Position numbers and translations under genes: made by a program
Shown: one piece after another, positions 11,731-23,700 of the stretch
Layout of the letters: each line of letters begins with the position of its first letter
Numbering within the stretch: the stretch's first letter is position 1
Origin: Schmidtea polychroa
Lineage: Eukaryota
NCBI GenBank assembly: GCA_044892525.1
Contig: CM097885.1
Span: forward strand, 14,262,001 to 14,326,000
Direction: 5' to 3'
Length of the DNA stretch: 64,000 nt
The notes under the pieces: generated by a model
Databases searched by the model: none
Told to the model about the DNA's origin: nothing
Seen by the model: only the letters and a program-made list of their open reading frames with translations

Positions 11731-14700
11731 ATGAATTCTTTAATAGAAAACGTTATGAATGTTCGAGGAAAAATTCAGGAATTTGGTAAATTTTAATTTA
11801 TTTATTAATTAATTTATTAATTAATTTATTAATTAATTTAGATAATATTAATGAAGACAATTTAAAATCGAAGATTAAAGGAAATTTGAAAAGAAAAAGT
11901 AAACATAATTTTTTATTTATTGATTTAATTAATTAATAATTTAGGTAATACGAATAAAGAGAAAAATTATGTCAATGTGTCAATAAATCGAAATGAAAAT
12001 TTACAATGTAAGTATTGATTACTTTTTTATATAATTTAAAGGAAATTTAATATAATTTTTTATTTAATTAAATGTTAATATTTTTAATTTAGTAAATTTT
12101 TATTTTTTTTAGTAAATAAAATTTGTAAATTTATGCGTAAACATTTATTAAAATATTTCATTTAAATTATATATATATATATTTTTTTATTAAATTTTTA
12201 TTTTATAGGTATACTTTACCCAAATTATTGTTCATCGAAAGAACATGATAATAATTGCCATTCTATAATGGAGAATTATTACACGAAAAAATATTATAAT
12301 AAAACTTTTTTTATATGCCCCATATGTAAGACTAGTGACCCTGTAACATATAGCGTTTTTTATAATAAACATAAACATCATTTAGATAGGTTTAATTTTA
12401 AAAAAGATAGTGTTTTTAAAAGACCATCAACTATAGAAAAAAATAATACAAATAAAAAAATTAAATTAGATACTTCTTCTTTTGAATCCCAGGTCGGATT
12501 AGAGGTTGAATCCCAGGCTGGATTGTCTTTTGTTGAATCCAATGATGGATTGGTTGTTGAATCCCAGGACGGATTATCTTTTGTTGAATCCCAGGTCGGA
12601 TTGCCTTTTGTTGAATCCCAGGTCGGATTATTCAATTCCTTTGATTCTTGGGATGGATTAAATATAATACAAATAGGGGGTAATGTTCCCATAATACAAA
12701 AAGATCTAAGGGGTACCCATCAAATATTAAGTTTAAATACAAGTAACTTGAATATAAAGGAAATAATATTTCCTGAACAATTAATTATAAAATTACGAGA
12801 TATTATTAACGAATTAGGCTCCGTCAAAATTCAATTCGGAATAACAATCGAATTTGAAAAAGACGGGGAAATAAAGGTTAATAATATTTCGAATTACGCA
12901 AAACCTTTAACTGCCTCATTTTTTGACGAAGGCATTAGGGAACTAAACGAGAAAATAAGTAATATCACAGAGTTAGGAAGTAGCTGGATCATAAAAAAAA
13001 TAACTGAAATTCACTTCACCATAACAAAGATAAGTAGGCTAAGTAGATTAAGTGGTAGGAGTTTCATTGAACTACCTACTTGTCTAAAAAATAAATATTG
13101 TTTAATTAATGTAAAAAACACCGATGATTCGTGTTTTTTATATAGCATTTTAGCTATTTTAAAATATGATGAGGTTAGTAGTTATGCTAGAAATAGGACA
13201 TCTAGTTATAATTTATCTGAGTTAATATATAATCCATTAGACTTACCAATGAAATTAAAAGATATTAGAAAATTCGAGGCCAAAAATCCTGGTTTAATAA
13301 TTAATGTTTTTTCTTATGACCATAACAAACAATTAATAGATAATTACGTTTTAAAACACCCCCATTTAGACATTATACATCGTTCCAAAGTTTTAAATGG
13401 AACAGTAATTAATTTACTATTATTAAATAAAGGGAACAATTTCCATTACATTGCTATAAGCAATTTAAATAGGTTACTGAATTGCCACATAAACACTAGT
13501 TGTCCTACACGCATACGTTCATTATGGTGCCATCGGTGTTTGAATGGGTTTAATAATAGAAACGCACTAGAAAAACATGAAATATTATGCAAACGCAATC
13601 AATTAGGAACAACTCTTTATACTTTCCCTCAAAATAAATTCTTACAGTTTACTGACTGGTCGAAAACAGTAACTCCTCCTTTCGTAGTTTATGCCGATTT
13701 TGAGGCTATTTTACCTTGTGATAATGATCATTTTCAGCGACACATGCCAATATCTGCTGGTCTTTTACTAGTAAATAACTTTGACGGATCTAAATCCTAT
13801 CAACAGTTTATAGGTTTAGATTGCGTCGAGAGTTTTTTAAGTGCTATAGAGGATATAGCATTAAATAAGGTTCTTCCTTTTTATTATAAAATGGGTAGGA
13901 AACCAATGATTAAATTAACTAAAATTGAGCAACAACAATTCATTAATTCAACGGTTTGTTATCTTTGTTTGAAATCTATCGTGGATCCTGTTAGAGATCA
14001 CGATCATTTTACGGGCAAATACTTGGGTGCAGCTTGTAGCACATGTAACGTAAATAGAAAAATAAATAAAATTTTGCCTATCGTATTTCACAACTTGAAG
14101 GGATACGATATGCATCATATACTTAAATATGGATTAAATAAATTTAAAAATTGGAATTTAGGGTGCATCCCAATAACTACGGAAAAATTTATATCTTTGA
14201 TTGCTCATTTAGGCAAAATTAGCATAAGATTCATTGATTCATATCAATTTGTCAATGATTCTTTGGCTAAAGCAGTCAAAACTTTGAATTCTTTGCCTTT
14301 TACTAATTCTGCTTTTTCTGGCACCATAGTATGTGAAAAAGGAATCTTCCCTTATAATTTCGCCACTTCTTTAGATGTTCTACAAACTACGTATGAATTA
14401 CCACCAATCTGGGAGGGTGTCACTGAGCTTGAGTATGAAAAAGCTCAGGAGATTTGGGTAGAATCTAATTGCAGAACTTTATTAGATTATATGATGATCT
14501 ACCTAAAACTTGATTGTTTTCTTTTGGCTGATTTCTTTCATCAGTTTAGGTTGAAATCAATTGCTCACAATAGATTAGAGCCTTTGAATTATTTCGGAAT
14601 TCCAGGCATGTCTTGGTCTTCTGCATTAATATCTTTAAATGAACCAATTGAACTCATAACTGAAAACGAAATGTTTAGCTTTTATGAGGGTGGAATAAGA

Positions 14701-16134
14701 GGCGGTCTTACTTTTGTGAATAAGCATTACGTAAAAACCGACGAGAACACCGAGTTACTTTATATAGATATTAATAATCTTTATGGGTGGGCTTTAAGTC
14801 AATCATTACCTTGTGGCGAATTTTGTTGGGTTCTTGATGGATTTGATAAAATAATGGATGAATGTAGGAATTTAAATCTTGAATCTTTGTCTTATGGATA
14901 CACACTTGAAGTTGATCTTGTAATTCCTTCTGAGCTTCATGATAAGTTGGATGATTTCCCTGTAGCTGCAGAAAAAATGAAACCTGCTGGGTCTAAGGTT
15001 GAAAAATTATTATTAACTCATCTTCCAAAATCTAATTATGTTATTCATTGGAGATTATTAAAATTATATTTGGAACTTGGTGTTAAAGTAACACGTGTAA
15101 ATAGGGGTGTAAGATTTAAGCAATCACCAATTTTTAAAAAATATATAGATACAAATACCGAATTAAGATCAAAAAGCGTAAATAACTTAGATAAAAATTA
15201 TTATAAATTGCTAAATAACAGTTTATACGGCAAAACAGTTGAAAATTTAAAGAGAAGAATGAATCTTCGTCTTTGTACAACTGCCGGTAAATTAGTTAAA
15301 TATTCGTCAAAACCGACTTTTAAAAAATCTATTAAAATAGCAGATAATTTAATTGCAACATTATTGAATTCAGATTCTATATGTTTAGATAGACCGAGTT
15401 ACATTGGTCAATCTGTACTTGATCTATCTAAACTTAGAATGTATGAATTGCAATATAAGGATCTGGAATCATTTCGCAATGAGTTTAATTGTAAAATTAA
15501 TATCGTTGCTGGTGATACAGATTCTTTTTTCCTCGAAGTCATTAACTGCAAACTTGAGGTTCTTTTACCTGCAATGATTCGAGATAATTTATTGGATACT
15601 TCCAATTACAATAGTTGTCATTCCTTATATAGCAAGAACCTTGATTCAGTCATTGGAAAGTTCAAAGACGAGAATAAAGGTCTTAAATATAAGGAGTGGG
15701 TTTTTCTTAGACCTAAATGTTATAGCTTGTTGGGTGATGATGAAACAAAAAAGGCTAAAGGTGTAACATTGAAAGGTAGTGACATAAAACATCAGTCATA
15801 CCTCGATTGTTATAACACTAACCAGATTTTTTCGGTTCCTCAGACTAAAATAACAAGCAAAAATCATCAAATTTTTACAATTAAAAACACAAAAATAGCA
15901 CTAACTAACAAAGATGACAAAAGGGTTTGGGTGGGGAAAAATACTAGTCTTGCATATGGGCATGTAAGATTAAGTGAATTAAATATTGGAGAAAATGTTG
16001 GAGAAATTGTTGCAGAAAATGTTTCAGAAAATGTTGGAGAAAATGATGGAGAAAATGATGGAGAAGATGAGGAAGAATTTAATGAAGAAGATGACATCGA
16101 TATCGATGACGTTATTTTGTCCGATGAGGACTAA
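11731..16134 (+). CDS. polB: Protein-primed DNA polymerase B, right-arm copy; predicted exons 11731-11785, 11842-11898, 11945-12007, 12209-16134 (1366 aa)
   Basis: Translation identical to the left copy; introns of 56, 46 and 201 nt, all GT…AG and phase 1, with no stop in the joined frame. Confidence 0.93.
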
Positions 16135-16321
16135 TTTTATTGAATAAATTTTATATCTTTACATTTGTTATTTGGTAAATTTTTATGTTTGTTATGTGTC
16201 TAGTTCATTTTTATGTGTTTAGTTAATGTTTATATGTTTTGTTATGTGTCTAGTTATTTTTATGTGTTTAGTTAATTTTTTATGTGTTGTATAGTATTTG
16301 GTTGATATATTATTAATATTA

Positions 16322-16371
<50 letters not shown>

Positions 16372-17491
16372 TCATAAAAATTTTCATTAAAAATTATCTT
16401 AAAAATTATTCTATTAAAATTTCCATCTAAAATTATCATTGAAAATTATTCTTAAAAATTTCCATTAAAAATTACTTAAAAAATAATTCATAAAAATTTC
16501 CATTAAAAAATTTCAATTCTCAAACACCTTCAACTTTTTGTTAATAAATTTTAAAATCTTACTTTAATTTACTTATTACATTACTTTAATTTACTTATTT
16601 AAAAAATATTACTTTAATTTACTTATTTAACTTTAATTTAAATTTTTTTTACCATTGATTATTTAATTTTAAAATTTGGACCTTAATTAACTTTAATTTA
16701 ATTTTTAGAACCTTAATTTACTTTAATTTTAAAATTTTTGACCATTATTTACTGTAATTTAATTTTTTAGGACCATTATTTACTTTAATTTAATTTTTTA
16801 GAACCATTATTTACTTTAATTTACTTTAATTTAAAAATTTGGATCATAATTTACTTTAATTTAAATTTTTGGACTGTAATTCAAAAATTTTGACCATAAT
16901 TTACTTTAATTTAATTTTTAAGAACCATAATTTACTTTAATTTAAAAATTTGGACCATAATTTACTGTAATTTAATTTTTTAGAACCATTATTTACTTTA
17001 ATTGAAAAATCTTAGCCCATAATTTACTTATTTAGACCATAATTTACTTTATTTCAAAAATAAATCTGAACCTTGATTTACTTAAATTTTTAGACCCATC
17101 ATTTACTTTAATTTAATTTTTTAGGACCATAATTTGCTTTATTTTAAAAATTTACTATGCGTTTTTTAATGTAAACCACCTTTTCTATTGAAATTCTCAT
17201 GACCAAGAAGATCCCCTCACTATAGTGTGAAAAATCCATGCTTTTTTATTGAAGACTACCTTTTTCTATTGAAATTCTCAGGACCAAGGAGACCCACCCA
17301 AATAATATTTATCCTTGGCTTGTTTATTGAAAAAAAAAAAAAAAAATTTTGTATTTAAAATCCCAGAAAACATTGGGCATTACAGCAACAATTATGTAAT
17401 CAAAAAATGTCTACGGAAAAAGTTATGCAATCAAAAGTTTGCAACATTTTTACCCCCCCCTATTGCTGCCGTAGGCCACTAACTACCTACT

Positions 17492-17497
17492 AGGGTT
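17492..17497. repeat. 6-bp target site duplication AGGGTT (right copy)
   Basis: Identical hexamer at 1189-1194. Confidence 0.9.
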
Positions 17498-17700
17498 ATG
17501 TTGTTACAGAGGGAGAGGGATTAATTAGTGAAGGTGGTAAACCAAATCCCATCAATCTTTTTATTGAATTAAGAAAACTATTAGCTGCAAGGAAAGCAGG
17601 ACATAATAATTTAGATTCTGATATTTTAAAGATTTCTAAAGATTTGTTAAAACAAGGAATAATTTCAAAAGATAAATTTAATAAGTATACGAAGTTATAA
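17497..17700 (+). pseudogene. Polinton conserved protein, 3' part (67 aa plus stop)
   Basis: YVVTEGEGLISEGGKPNPINLFIELRKLLAARKAGHNNLDSDILKISKDLLKQGII…; the LxxLLAxxxAGHN…L…GII C-terminus is a recurrent Polinton motif; in frame with 504-1194. Confidence 0.85.
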
Positions 17701-17722
17701 ATACGAAGTTTTAAAATACAAA

Positions 17723-18187
17723 ATGACTCCTTCAATATTAGATTTTTTAAAAACATTTGGAATAAATGCAAAAACAAATTTTGATTTAAAAGATTATGCA
17801 AATTATTTAAATTTAAAAATTAAAATATTAATGAATGATGAATTATCAAGTCTGGAGAGTCCCCTGAATATAATAATCAATTATCAAAATTCAAATGAAA
17901 ATGGATCTCATTGGGTTTGTATATATAAGAAATCTATCTACTTTGATTCTTTTGGGATTAAACCTACTAAAGAAGTTGAAGATTATCTCTTGGGGGGTTC
18001 TCCGATTGATTCCCCAAATGGTTATACTTTTAACTCTTTACAAGTTCAACCTTTGAATACTAAAATATGTGGTATTTTAAGTTTATATGTTTTGTATAGA
18101 TTGAATAAGGGAGAGGGAAAGGGGCATACGCAGGATTTTGAATCTATAATTCAAGAAATTTATAATGATCTAGAATCTCTACTATAA
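17723..18187 (+). CDS. Adenain-like cysteine protease (Polinton PRO)
   Basis: GSHWVC…YFDSFG…QVQ…ICG, giving the His-Asp-Gln-Cys order of adenoviral C5 proteases. Confidence 0.92.
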   Translation: MTPSILDFLKTFGINAKTNFDLKDYANYLNLKIKILMNDELSSLESPLNIIINYQNSNENGSHWVCIYKKSIYFDSFGIKPTKEVEDYLLGGSPIDSPNGYTFNSLQVQPLNTKICGILSLYVLYRLNKGEGKGHTQDFESIIQEIYNDLESLL

Positions 18188-18235
18188 GGATTTTTACTAT
18201 AAGGATTTTTACTATATGAATTTACTACTAAAGAA

Positions 18236-19000
18236 ATGGAGCTTCACAACCCTCCGGAAGATAATTTAAAAAAAATGGTAAACATAATGTCAGATAAATA
18301 TTCAAGAACTTTATCTATAAATTCAAAAGAATCAGACTTTACTATAAACTTTCAAGATTCAATTAAATTAGATCAAAATTTAAATTATGAATTGGGGCTA
18401 TTATGGTTTTGTGCTTATAATACTATTTTTAATATAACTAAAGATAATAATAAATTTACTATTCAAACTCGTGATGGGCATAAACCAGAAATTATAACAA
18501 TAGAACCTGGGGCATATGAGATAAAAGATTTAAATGATATACTTTCTAAAAAAACAAATGAAGGTATTAAAATTAAAATGGATATACCAACTTCAAAATG
18601 TGTAATGACTTTGAAGAATATAAAAATTAGTTTTTTAGATAATTGTTTCTTTCACACAGTTTTAGGATTTAAACCTATGGATATAACAATAAAAGAAGAT
18701 AAAATAATAACATCAGAACATATTATAAAAATAATAAATACAAACACAATAAATATTCATTGCGATTGTATAACAGGTTCTTATAATAATGGTAAACAAA
18801 CAAATGTTTTATATTCCTTTCCCTCAAACACAGTTCCTATGGGATATAAAATAGTTGAAAGAATGAATCCTCCAAATTATTTACCTTTATGTAGAAAATA
18901 TATAATGGATATTAATTTTAAAATTCTTAATCAAGAAGGAGAATTGATTGATTTTAATGGAGAAGAGATTTCAATGTATTTACATTTGAAACAGGTTTGA
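18236..19000 (+). CDS. Minor capsid protein (penton, single jelly-roll)
   Basis: YELGL…YNTIFNI…PGAYEI…INIHCDCITGSYNNG…LYSF…GYKIVE…YLPL…IDFNGE pattern of Polinton minor capsid proteins; adjacent to the protease. Confidence 0.8.
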   Translation: MELHNPPEDNLKKMVNIMSDKYSRTLSINSKESDFTINFQDSIKLDQNLNYELGLLWFCAYNTIFNITKDNNKFTIQTRDGHKPEIITIEPGAYEIKDLNDILSKKTNEGIKIKMDIPTSKCVMTLKNIKISFLDNCFFHTVLGFKPMDITIKEDKIITSEHIIKIINTNTINIHCDCITGSYNNGKQTNVLYSFPSNTVPMGYKIVERMNPPNYLPLCRKYIMDINFKILNQEGELIDFNGEEISMYLHLKQV

Positions 19001-19024
19001 AGATTCATTTTAAATTATTAATAA

Positions 19025-20035
19025 ATGAGTTCTTATATTCCATGTAATAGAGGTGGTGGAACAATAAAAACAGGGTTTAATACAGAAGAAATATTAACTT
19101 TAACAGAAAATAAATATATTAATGAAAGAGGTGATTCAATGAAGGGTGATTTAATTTTAAATGGACACAAGATAAAAGAATTATCTTTTCCAACTGATGA
19201 AGCTGATGCAGTTAATAAGAAATATGTAGATGGTGTTAAAAAATATACTGATTTAACAACAACAAGAATTGAAAGTTCATTAACAACAAAAATTGATTCA
19301 ATGGAATCAAAGCTTAATAATATCGAACAACGATTTAATGATAAATTTGACAAGTTACAAAGTCTGTTAACTGAACAAGTTGTAAAGTTAAATACTGCTA
19401 TATTAAATTCTAAAGATAAACAAATTATGAATACTAAATTTAATACAATATATAAAATAATAAATGAGATGATTACATCATTTAATAAAAGAATTTCAAA
19501 TTTAGAGTCTCATGGAACACACATTAACACCACACATAGTATTAGAAAAAGAGCTGCTGAATTAGAACAGAATAAAACATTATTACCCCATACATATAAA
19601 CATTTTATAGAACCAAGTTTAATAACAACAAACAGTAAAGAATGGGGTGTTTTTATGGTTGTAAAAATTATTGATCCTTATTTCTTTTTGTTTGATGATG
19701 ATAATGAAAGAATGAAATGGTTTGTGAAATGTGATTATAATAGTAAGCTTGAAAAGGGTGATGTTATAATGACTAGTTATGATTTACCACACGGAGATTG
19801 GTATGTTAATACTCATTCACATGGACTACATAAAGTTAAAAGTAAGAATATTCATTTTTCTAGTTCACTTGTACAATATATAGATTTAATATTTTATGAA
19901 AAAAAGGTTGATGTTGATGAAGTTCGTAAAGCATTGAGAGAATTGTATAAAGATATCCTCTCAACAAGAGTTTCTTTTGATATCCGAGTATTGGTGCCAG
20001 ATGGTGCTCAGAAGAATAAAGTCTTATTTTTTTAA
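19025..20035 (+). CDS. Putative fibre/spike protein
   Basis: N-terminal GDSMKGDLILNGHKIKEL…PTDEADAVNKKYVD fibre-type repeat, then a coiled coil and an unrelated C-terminal domain. Confidence 0.6.
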   Translation: MSSYIPCNRGGGTIKTGFNTEEILTLTENKYINERGDSMKGDLILNGHKIKELSFPTDEADAVNKKYVDGVKKYTDLTTTRIESSLTTKIDSMESKLNNIEQRFNDKFDKLQSLLTEQVVKLNTAILNSKDKQIMNTKFNTIYKIINEMITSFNKRISNLESHGTHINTTHSIRKRAAELEQNKTLLPHTYKHFIEPSLITTNSKEWGVFMVVKIIDPYFFLFDDDNERMKWFVKCDYNSKLEKGDVIMTSYDLPHGDWYVNTHSHGLHKVKSKNIHFSSSLVQYIDLIFYEKKVDVDEVRKALRELYKDILSTRVSFDIRVLVPDGAQKNKVLFF

Positions 20036-20043
20036 TTATTAAA

Positions 20044-20640
20044 ATGGAAGAAGTAAGAGAAGAAAAAATTTACCCAGAATTGAGATCATCAGGATATTAT
20101 TCTTCCAAGGCCTCGGCTCCCACAGAACTTGAAATTATGAGAGTAAAAGAATTTAAATCAGAAACCTTACATTTACAAGATTTATTAAAGCATTATAAAA
20201 AAATTAAAAATAGATGGAATAAAGGGAATACAGTTTTAAAAGTTATAGGTTATTCTTTAGGATTTGCATCTGCAATATTAACAGTTATTTTACCCATAAC
20301 TTTACCAGTTGTTACTCTTGCACCTGTAATACTTGGAAGTATTTCTGTGGCTGATGGTTTCTTAACTGAAATAGTTTCATTATCTTATACTTCTAAAAAG
20401 AAAAGTTTATATAGAGAAGTTTGTTTATCAATAGAATTAGGAATCTCTAAATTATTTTTATTTCAATTAAAAGCTTTGGAAGATGGAATCCTGACAGACG
20501 AAGAAATAATGAAATCAAATCAAATAATACAAGATATAAAGAATGAGGTTATAAGATTAAAAAGGGAGGGCATGGTGGCTAATGTTATAAGTAATAAAAA
20601 AACATCTCGAGAAAAATGGTTAAAGAATTCTTACTTATAA
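20044..20640 (+). CDS. Polinton/adintovirus membrane protein (so-called gasderminX-like)
   Basis: IYPEL…SAP N-terminus, helical region, long hydrophobic stretch, KALEDGILTDEE motif. Confidence 0.55.
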   Translation: MEEVREEKIYPELRSSGYYSSKASAPTELEIMRVKEFKSETLHLQDLLKHYKKIKNRWNKGNTVLKVIGYSLGFASAILTVILPITLPVVTLAPVILGSISVADGFLTEIVSLSYTSKKKSLYREVCLSIELGISKLFLFQLKALEDGILTDEEIMKSNQIIQDIKNEVIRLKREGMVANVISNKKTSREKWLKNSYL

Positions 20641-20726
20641 AATGGGTGTATTTTTAAAAAAGTAGATCAAGTTGATATAGTTGCTTAAATTAATTGTCGA
20701 CATTTTATTATTAAATATCGTTGGTT

Positions 20727-23700
20727 TCAGTTATGGTTGAAAGCCAACCTATGAATCATTAATTTATGATCTTTAAATTCTTTATCACTTAGACCTTTTA
20801 TATATTCAGGATCAGTATTAAAATATTTAAGTTCTAAACATATAGGATTAAAAACTTGAGAATATAAAGGTTTCTCGATTTCTCTCTCGGGATAAATAAT
20901 TTCAACATTATAAATATCAAGATCAGTAATCTTTGTATCATATAACTTATTCAACTTTTCTAGATTTTTTATTATAGGGATTAAATTATTTCCAATAGGT
21001 AGAGTTGTCTTTAAATCACTTAGTATGAATCTCTTATCATCATAATTTGATAATGATACTTTTTGAGATTCTATCAAGTGAATATCATGGTTTTCACTTT
21101 TAAGTTGATGTACTTCATCAATTTTATCTTTATGATTTGGATTCAATGTATCTATATAATCTTGATGAGAAAGATTCTTTGCAACCACTCTCTGTATTCC
21201 TTTACATCTGTTATCCTTTACAGGTTTTTCTTCTTTAGGAAATATAGGATATCTATGTGTAATGGTTTCTTCTGTTTCTGGAGTTTTAAATATAAATGAT
21301 CTAGTTATAAATTCAGGGTTTCTAAATGTTTCGTATGAATATTGTTTAGCACGAATAAATATTCCATTTTCTATAGGAGTAAAAGGTTTTTCATCTTTAA
21401 ACGAAAATAGTTCTCCAGATGAATTTATTAAATTTGAAAGTATAGGATTTTCAGCTATATCTCTTTGTAAATCATGAGTTCTTATTGTTAAAAACATTGA
21501 ATCTGTATCCATTGCATGCATTGATATATTTGCTCCGTATATAGGTTGTAAGATGTTATAATATGTTTCATACATTTGTAATTTTGAAAGTTCTAAAATT
21601 GTAAACCCTATAAATATTGGTTTGTTATATGTTTTCTCATAATTTTTTAATTCTACTGCAGTAAGATTTTCAGAAAATACTTGTGCGTTTTTAAATGTAG
21701 GCTTTCCTAGCATGCGATTATAACGCTTAATATCTTTGGTAGTATTTGTTAGGAGTTCAATATTAGTATATTTATCAACATTCTCCATTGTTTTCCCAAA
21801 TACTGAATTGTTTAAAATTTTATAATTATTATCTTTAAAAAGGTTACCTTCTCTTTTTGCAATGTTTCGACACCTAATGTTCTCCTCGATAAAAGCTTTC
21901 ATGAATGGAGCTTGTTTAAATCTTATGACACTATGAACTTTTTTTAATATCATTCCTCGTGAGAGATAAAATTGGAGGAGTCTATAGTGACAAAGATAAA
22001 ACCTTCGATCTGTTTGATCACAAAGAAGTTTCATTGTTGGAGGTTTATCTTGTGAGATTTGCCATTCAGAAAGTTCGTTGATATCAATCTTTCTTCTTAT
22101 GGGAGCTAAAGGAAAATATCTTGTTCCTGATTTTATAACATCTGGATAGTCGAGGTCACATTCTATAAAGTAACCTATTGGAGAATCTTTCGATGTTGAA
22201 AGTATTTCTTTCATAAGGTCATCTGTTGGGTTCTCTATTTCAGTGAAATCACTCATTGGTAAATATTGAGTCATAATTCCTGAATATAAAGCTGTTGCAT
22301 CTATATAAAGTATAAATATAGGATTTTTCATTGTTTCTAATAATTCTTTTAATTCCTCATTGTTAATTTTCATATATGGATCATCAGGGTGTTTAGATAG
22401 TCTTCGGCTAGTAGTTATTGCATTTCTAGCTTTTATTTCTCTATTCCCCATTACTGAAGAGACTCCTCCTCTAATGTTTGTTTTAATTTGGTTAAACATA
22501 TCGAGGTTAGTTAAAAGATCTATAATTTTATCAGCATCTTCTATATTTGAAGTCCAAATGGTATATAACATAGTATCTCAAGCTAAAGAGGGTGCAGTTA
22601 TATAATTATAAGGTTTAAGAACAAAAGAGTTTGTAAATTCTTCAAAGCAATCTGCTAGAATATAAACATCTAAGGATAAATACATGTTGGTATATTCTCC
22701 TAAAGTTTTACACTTGAATAATTCCCACATTTTTAATGCTCGAGAATATTCTTGATCTGTAATCCCTGATTGTAGTAAGTTTGAAAAGAAATCTTCTTTG
22801 TTAGGAAGACTTGTTTCATTATATCTTTCAAACGAGTCAACATAGTCATAAGGATATATTCCTTTTGCTAAGCATGTAGGATATTCTTCTGGAGGATTAT
22901 TATTTTTTTCCAAGAATTCTCGAGTGATTTTAAAATTTTCTGGTTTCATTGTTTTTGCTACTGCATCTAGAGACATTTGGAGAAAGTTTAACGAGTCTAT
23001 AAATTTTAATTTTCCATATTCAACTGATTTATATTTTTCTTTTGTTAAGCCGATAACTTTGAAAGAGTTTTTAGCATTTGCTGCTAAATGTTTAATAAAT
23101 AGATGTATGTCATATCCAAAAAGATTATGAAATATAACAGGTATAAATTTAGGAGTATGGCAATTAAGATTGCAATTTTTATGAGCTGCTCCTCGATAAT
23201 TATTTTCCTTTTTTAAATGATCATGATCTATAACTTTTTCATCAGGAAGAATATTCTGTTTACACATCCAACAGTTGGAAGTATTTTCATATTCTTGTTG
23301 TTGTTGATTAGAAATATTTTGAGGATACTTTGTTTTTAATATTTTAAATATTTCATGTTCTAGATCATTTATATTTTTAGTAAAATGATTCAAGACTTCT
23401 TCAGGGGTACCTCCTAGAATTGAATATTCTCTAGATTCTATGAGTTCAGGATAATTACTTTTAAATAATAATTTATAAGCAGATGGTAATTGTTTAGTTT
23501 TTTTAACACTATTAGGTTTATTTCTTTTTCTTAGAAAGGCTTTCATCCTCTCTGGTTTCATCTTCTCTCCTGAGGAGTTCCATAAATCCATGAGTTTATT
23601 TTTTTCTATTATTTTTAAATATTGATAAACCAAATCTTGTTTATGGTTTATAGATTCAAAGTCACCATAAAGAACTCCAACTGTTTGTAGTAAATTTGAA

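Larger units (their letters stand above)
1195..17491. mobile_element. 16.3-kb palindromic pPolB-only element with Polinton-type termini
   Basis: Starts AGTAGGTAGTTAGTGGCCTACGGCAGCAATAGGG and ends with its exact reverse complement. AGGGTT is duplicated at 1189-1194 and 17492-17497. The two ~8-kb arms are near-identical inverted copies. Confidence 0.92.

Noticed and set aside
22578..22580. TGA read as Trp (alternative genetic code), also at ~50440
   Set aside because: The same genes use TGG for Trp and neighbouring genes end in TGA; simple G-to-A mutations explain both.
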